Assembly (NCBI GenBank): GCA_049602735.1
Contig: JBMYRW010000001.1
Location: 19,502-83,501, forward strand
DNA length: 64,000 nt
Direction of reading: 5' to 3'
DNA from: Thermoplasmatota archaeon
Lineage (GTDB): Archaea; Thermoplasmatota; E2; JACPAO01; JAHFTW01
Part shown: piece after piece, positions 61,894-64,000 of the stretch
Layout of the letters: the number at the start of each line of letters is the position of its first letter
How positions within the stretch are numbered: position 1 is the first letter of the stretch
The notes under the pieces: model-generated
The model's database searches: none
What the model saw: only the letters and a program-made list of their open reading frames with translations
Told to the model about the DNA's origin: nothing
Position numbers and translations under genes: made by a program

Positions 61894-63516
61894 TCAGGCG
61901 GGAGCCAGCGGCAGGCTGACCGTGGAGCCGTCCGCGCCCATGTGGAGCACGAAGCCGCTCTGGCTGGGGTAGCCCTGGAAGCTCGGGAAGTCGCCGGCGG
62001 CCACGCGCACCTCGATGCTGTTGCCGGCCGCGAAGGTGTGGTGGTACGGCTGCAGATCGAACGTCGTCGGCAGCGCCACGCCGGGCAGGCGGTCGCGCAG
62101 CCCCAGGATGCCCTTGGTCACCAGGTCGGCGGAGCCGTCGGGGGCCACATCGAACACCTTGACCGCCACCTGGACGTGGGCGCCGAGCGGCGTCATCACC
62201 AGGTCGGCGGTCGGGGTCCCCAGCAGCTTCGTCGCCTCTGTCAATGGGCCCGTGCTGAAGCTCACGGTGTCCACGGGCGTGCCGGCGGGGAAGTAGGAGA
62301 GCTCTGGGAACAGGAGCGTTGCCGCGCCGTCGTCGGGGATGCCGGCCACGTGGGTCGGCACGAGGGCAACCACACCGTCCGCGCCGGCAGCGGCGCCCAG
62401 GGAGCCATCGGCGCCCAGGCTCAGGGCCGGGCCGGCGTCGTCGGGCCAGTCGGCCAGGGCGAAGCTGGTGCCGTCCCAGGGGCGACTGGAGACCGTGATG
62501 GGGTTGGCGGGGTCAATCGGGCTCGGGCCGGCGCCCTTGAGGTAATGGTCGAAGAACGCGATGATCTCGTCGTACAGGAAGTCCACCTCGGGCCCCTCCT
62601 GCACGGCGCGCGGATGGCCCGCGTACCCCAAGTGCAGCCGCTTGTGCTCCGTCGGGATCGCCTCGAAGAACTCCAAGACCTGGTCGCCAGGGAACAGGTC
62701 GTCGTTGAGCCCCTGGATGATGAACGTCGGGATGGTGATCTGATGCGCCAGGTCGCGGACGCTGCGCTCCGCCCAGATCTGCTCCATCCACGGTGAATCG
62801 ATGCCGGCCAACTGGTGCGCCAGGGCCGCGTGGACGGCGGGATCGTAGGTCTCGCAGAAGCAGCGGCGGCCGATGTTCTCCCCGAACAGCTCCATCTCGA
62901 TCGGGTCGTCGCCGGACTGCGCCAGGCCATGGCCGCTGACGTAGAAGCCCATGGCGTAGCTAAGCTTGAAGACGTCATTTGGCCGCAGAGCGAGCTCCAG
63001 GTCGGTCCAGCCGACGACCGGCGCTGCGGCCGCGACGCCGGAATCGGGGCGCGCCGCCGCCCAGAACGAATGGGCACCGCCGTAGCTGGCACCCACGACC
63101 CCCACGGCGTCCTCCACGACGGGGCCGTTCGCCTTGAGCCAGGCCACGATGTCCACCAGGTCCTGCTGCGACGCCGGGCCGACCACGTCCATGAGTCCGG
63201 TGCTCTGGCCGAAGCCTCGCGTCGTGTACGCGAAGCCCACGTAGCCATTGTCGGCAGCCAACTGCGCCGTGTCGTCATCCTTGGAGCCACCGTAGCCGTG
63301 GATCGCCACGAGCGCCGGCAGCTCGTCGCCGGGCTGCGTGCCGTTCGGGACGATCATCAGGGCATCGAGCAGCGTACCGTCAGGCATCTCCACGAAGAAG
63401 TCGTTGCGGCCCTCCGTCCACCAGGCGTCAGCGGGGCCGTCCGCCGCTGCCGGGACCATCTGGAAGCCAGCGGCCAAGAGCATCAGCAGAGCAGGGAGGA
63501 CAAGGGACGCGCGCAT
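61894..63516 (-). CDS. secreted alpha/beta hydrolase, CocE/NonD (S15)-like peptidase/esterase
   Basis: ATG at 63516 (MRASLVLPALLMLLAAGFQMVPAAA). Motifs VAIHGYGGSKDD, nucleophile elbow GASYGGAHS, and a C-terminal beta-sandwich domain. Confidence 0.65.
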   Translation of the reverse strand: MRASLVLPALLMLLAAGFQMVPAAADGPADAWWTEGRNDFFVEMPDGTLLDALMIVPNGTQPGDELPALVAIHGYGGSKDDDTAQLAADNGYVGFAYTTRGFGQSTGLMDVVGPASQQDLVDIVAWLKANGPVVEDAVGVVGASYGGAHSFWAAARPDSGVAAAAPVVGWTDLELALRPNDVFKLSYAMGFYVSGHGLAQSGDDPIEMELFGENIGRRCFCETYDPAVHAALAHQLAGIDSPWMEQIWAERSVRDLAHQITIPTFIIQGLNDDLFPGDQVLEFFEAIPTEHKRLHLGYAGHPRAVQEGPEVDFLYDEIIAFFDHYLKGAGPSPIDPANPITVSSRPWDGTSFALADWPDDAGPALSLGADGSLGAAAGADGVVALVPTHVAGIPDDGAATLLFPELSYFPAGTPVDTVSFSTGPLTEATKLLGTPTADLVMTPLGAHVQVAVKVFDVAPDGSADLVTKGILGLRDRLPGVALPTTFDLQPYHHTFAAGNSIEVRVAAGDFPSFQGYPSQSGFVLHMGADGSTVSLPLAPA

Positions 63517-63593
63517 GGAACCAACCAGGTCGCCATGCCGCGCCGCCGCCATAAACGCGTGGCCCCCGCCAGCGGCGGCCCCCGCGGAGGCCC

Positions 63594-64000
63594 CTACAGG
63601 CCCACCAGGTCATCCAGGCAGCTCTCCGGCCGCGGCCTGCCCACGACGAACTGCTCGCGGGCGATCTGCAGGCTCTTGCGCTGCCCCGGCCACGGATAAT
63701 GCTCCATCGCCTCCGCAGCCGACACCCATCGGAACTCCGTGTGCTCCTCCGACAAGGCGACCTGGGCGTCGCCGGCCACCTCCGCACAGAACACGGGGCT
63801 CAGCATGATCTCATCGTAGGCGGCCAGGTAGAACCGGTTGACGTAGCTCGTCTGGTAGAAGTGCAGCGGCCGCAGCCCCGTCTCCTCCCCCAGCTCCCGC
63901 AGCGCCGTCTCGTACGCCTTCTCCCCCGCCTCGATGTGGCCCTGCACCATCTGCCACGTACCACCCAGGGGGATGTGGGGCGCCCGCTTCATCACCAACC
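63594..64000 (-). CDS. NUDIX hydrolase, 5' end beyond window
   Basis: Nudix box GHIEAGEKAYETALRELGEETGL (GX5EX7REUXEEXGU). The ORF runs to the window edge. Confidence 0.75.
   Translation of the reverse strand, partial: LVMKRAPHIPLGGTWQMVQGHIEAGEKAYETALRELGEETGLRPLHFYQTSYVNRFYLAAYDEIMLSPVFCAEVAGDAQVALSEEHTEFRWVSAAEAMEHYPWPGQRKSLQIAREQFVVGRPRPESCLDDLVGL

Noticed and set aside
1-64000. CRISPR arrays, rRNA/tRNA genes, and transposases or integrases
   Set aside because: There are no regularly spaced direct repeats with unique spacers. The only periodic repeat (55688-56677) is in-frame Gly-rich coding sequence. No tRNA T-loop or acceptor pattern was seen in the intergenic gaps. No DDE, tyrosine or serine recombinase motifs were seen in any ORF.

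Overview
This is a high-GC archaeal chromosomal segment; lines I counted by eye run about 70% G+C. The archaeal assignment rests on these genes: ribosomal proteins L21e and S17e, RNA polymerase subunit Rpo4/F, DUF655, KsgA/Dim1, RFC large subunit, Pus10, ArcS plus RaSEA, archaeal DtdA, RibL, archaeal-type riboflavin synthase, and a PGF-CTERM surface protein. Most of the window is ordinary, tightly packed core and accessory metabolism. It includes alaS, sdhCDAB, a photolyase operon, an HxlR-linked redox-stress cluster, a ribB-ribL-ribC-ribH operon, transporters, and many lipobox or secreted proteins. Start and stop codons frequently overlap by 1-8 nt. The outstanding feature is a ~7.2 kb low-GC island at ~17,870-25,130, roughly mid-50s % G+C by spot counts. 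It is filled by only three ORFs. The first is a 404-aa all-coiled-coil protein. It is translationally coupled to the second, a 1018-aa protein with an N-terminal beta/gamma-crystallin-like domain, a ~290-aa coiled coil and a large uncharacterised C-terminal core. The third is a divergently transcribed 885-aa paralogue of that core. I see no NTPase, nuclease, integrase or transposase motif, and I cannot place the shared core in a named family, so this is my candidate for an undescribed system. Secondary points of interest: a frameshifted archaeosine synthase gene next to an intact RaSEA; a membrane protein with a CxxCH motif fused to a four-His b-type cytochrome-like domain; a PGRS-like glycine-repeat surface protein; a SPOUT-like protein with a long helical N-terminal domain; and several candidate operator or terminator repeats. 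No rRNA, tRNA, CRISPR array or transposable element was recognised. Many long ORFs in the six-frame track are antisense or out-of-frame artefacts of the high GC content, and several real genes start well inside the listed ORFs, often at GTG or TTG.
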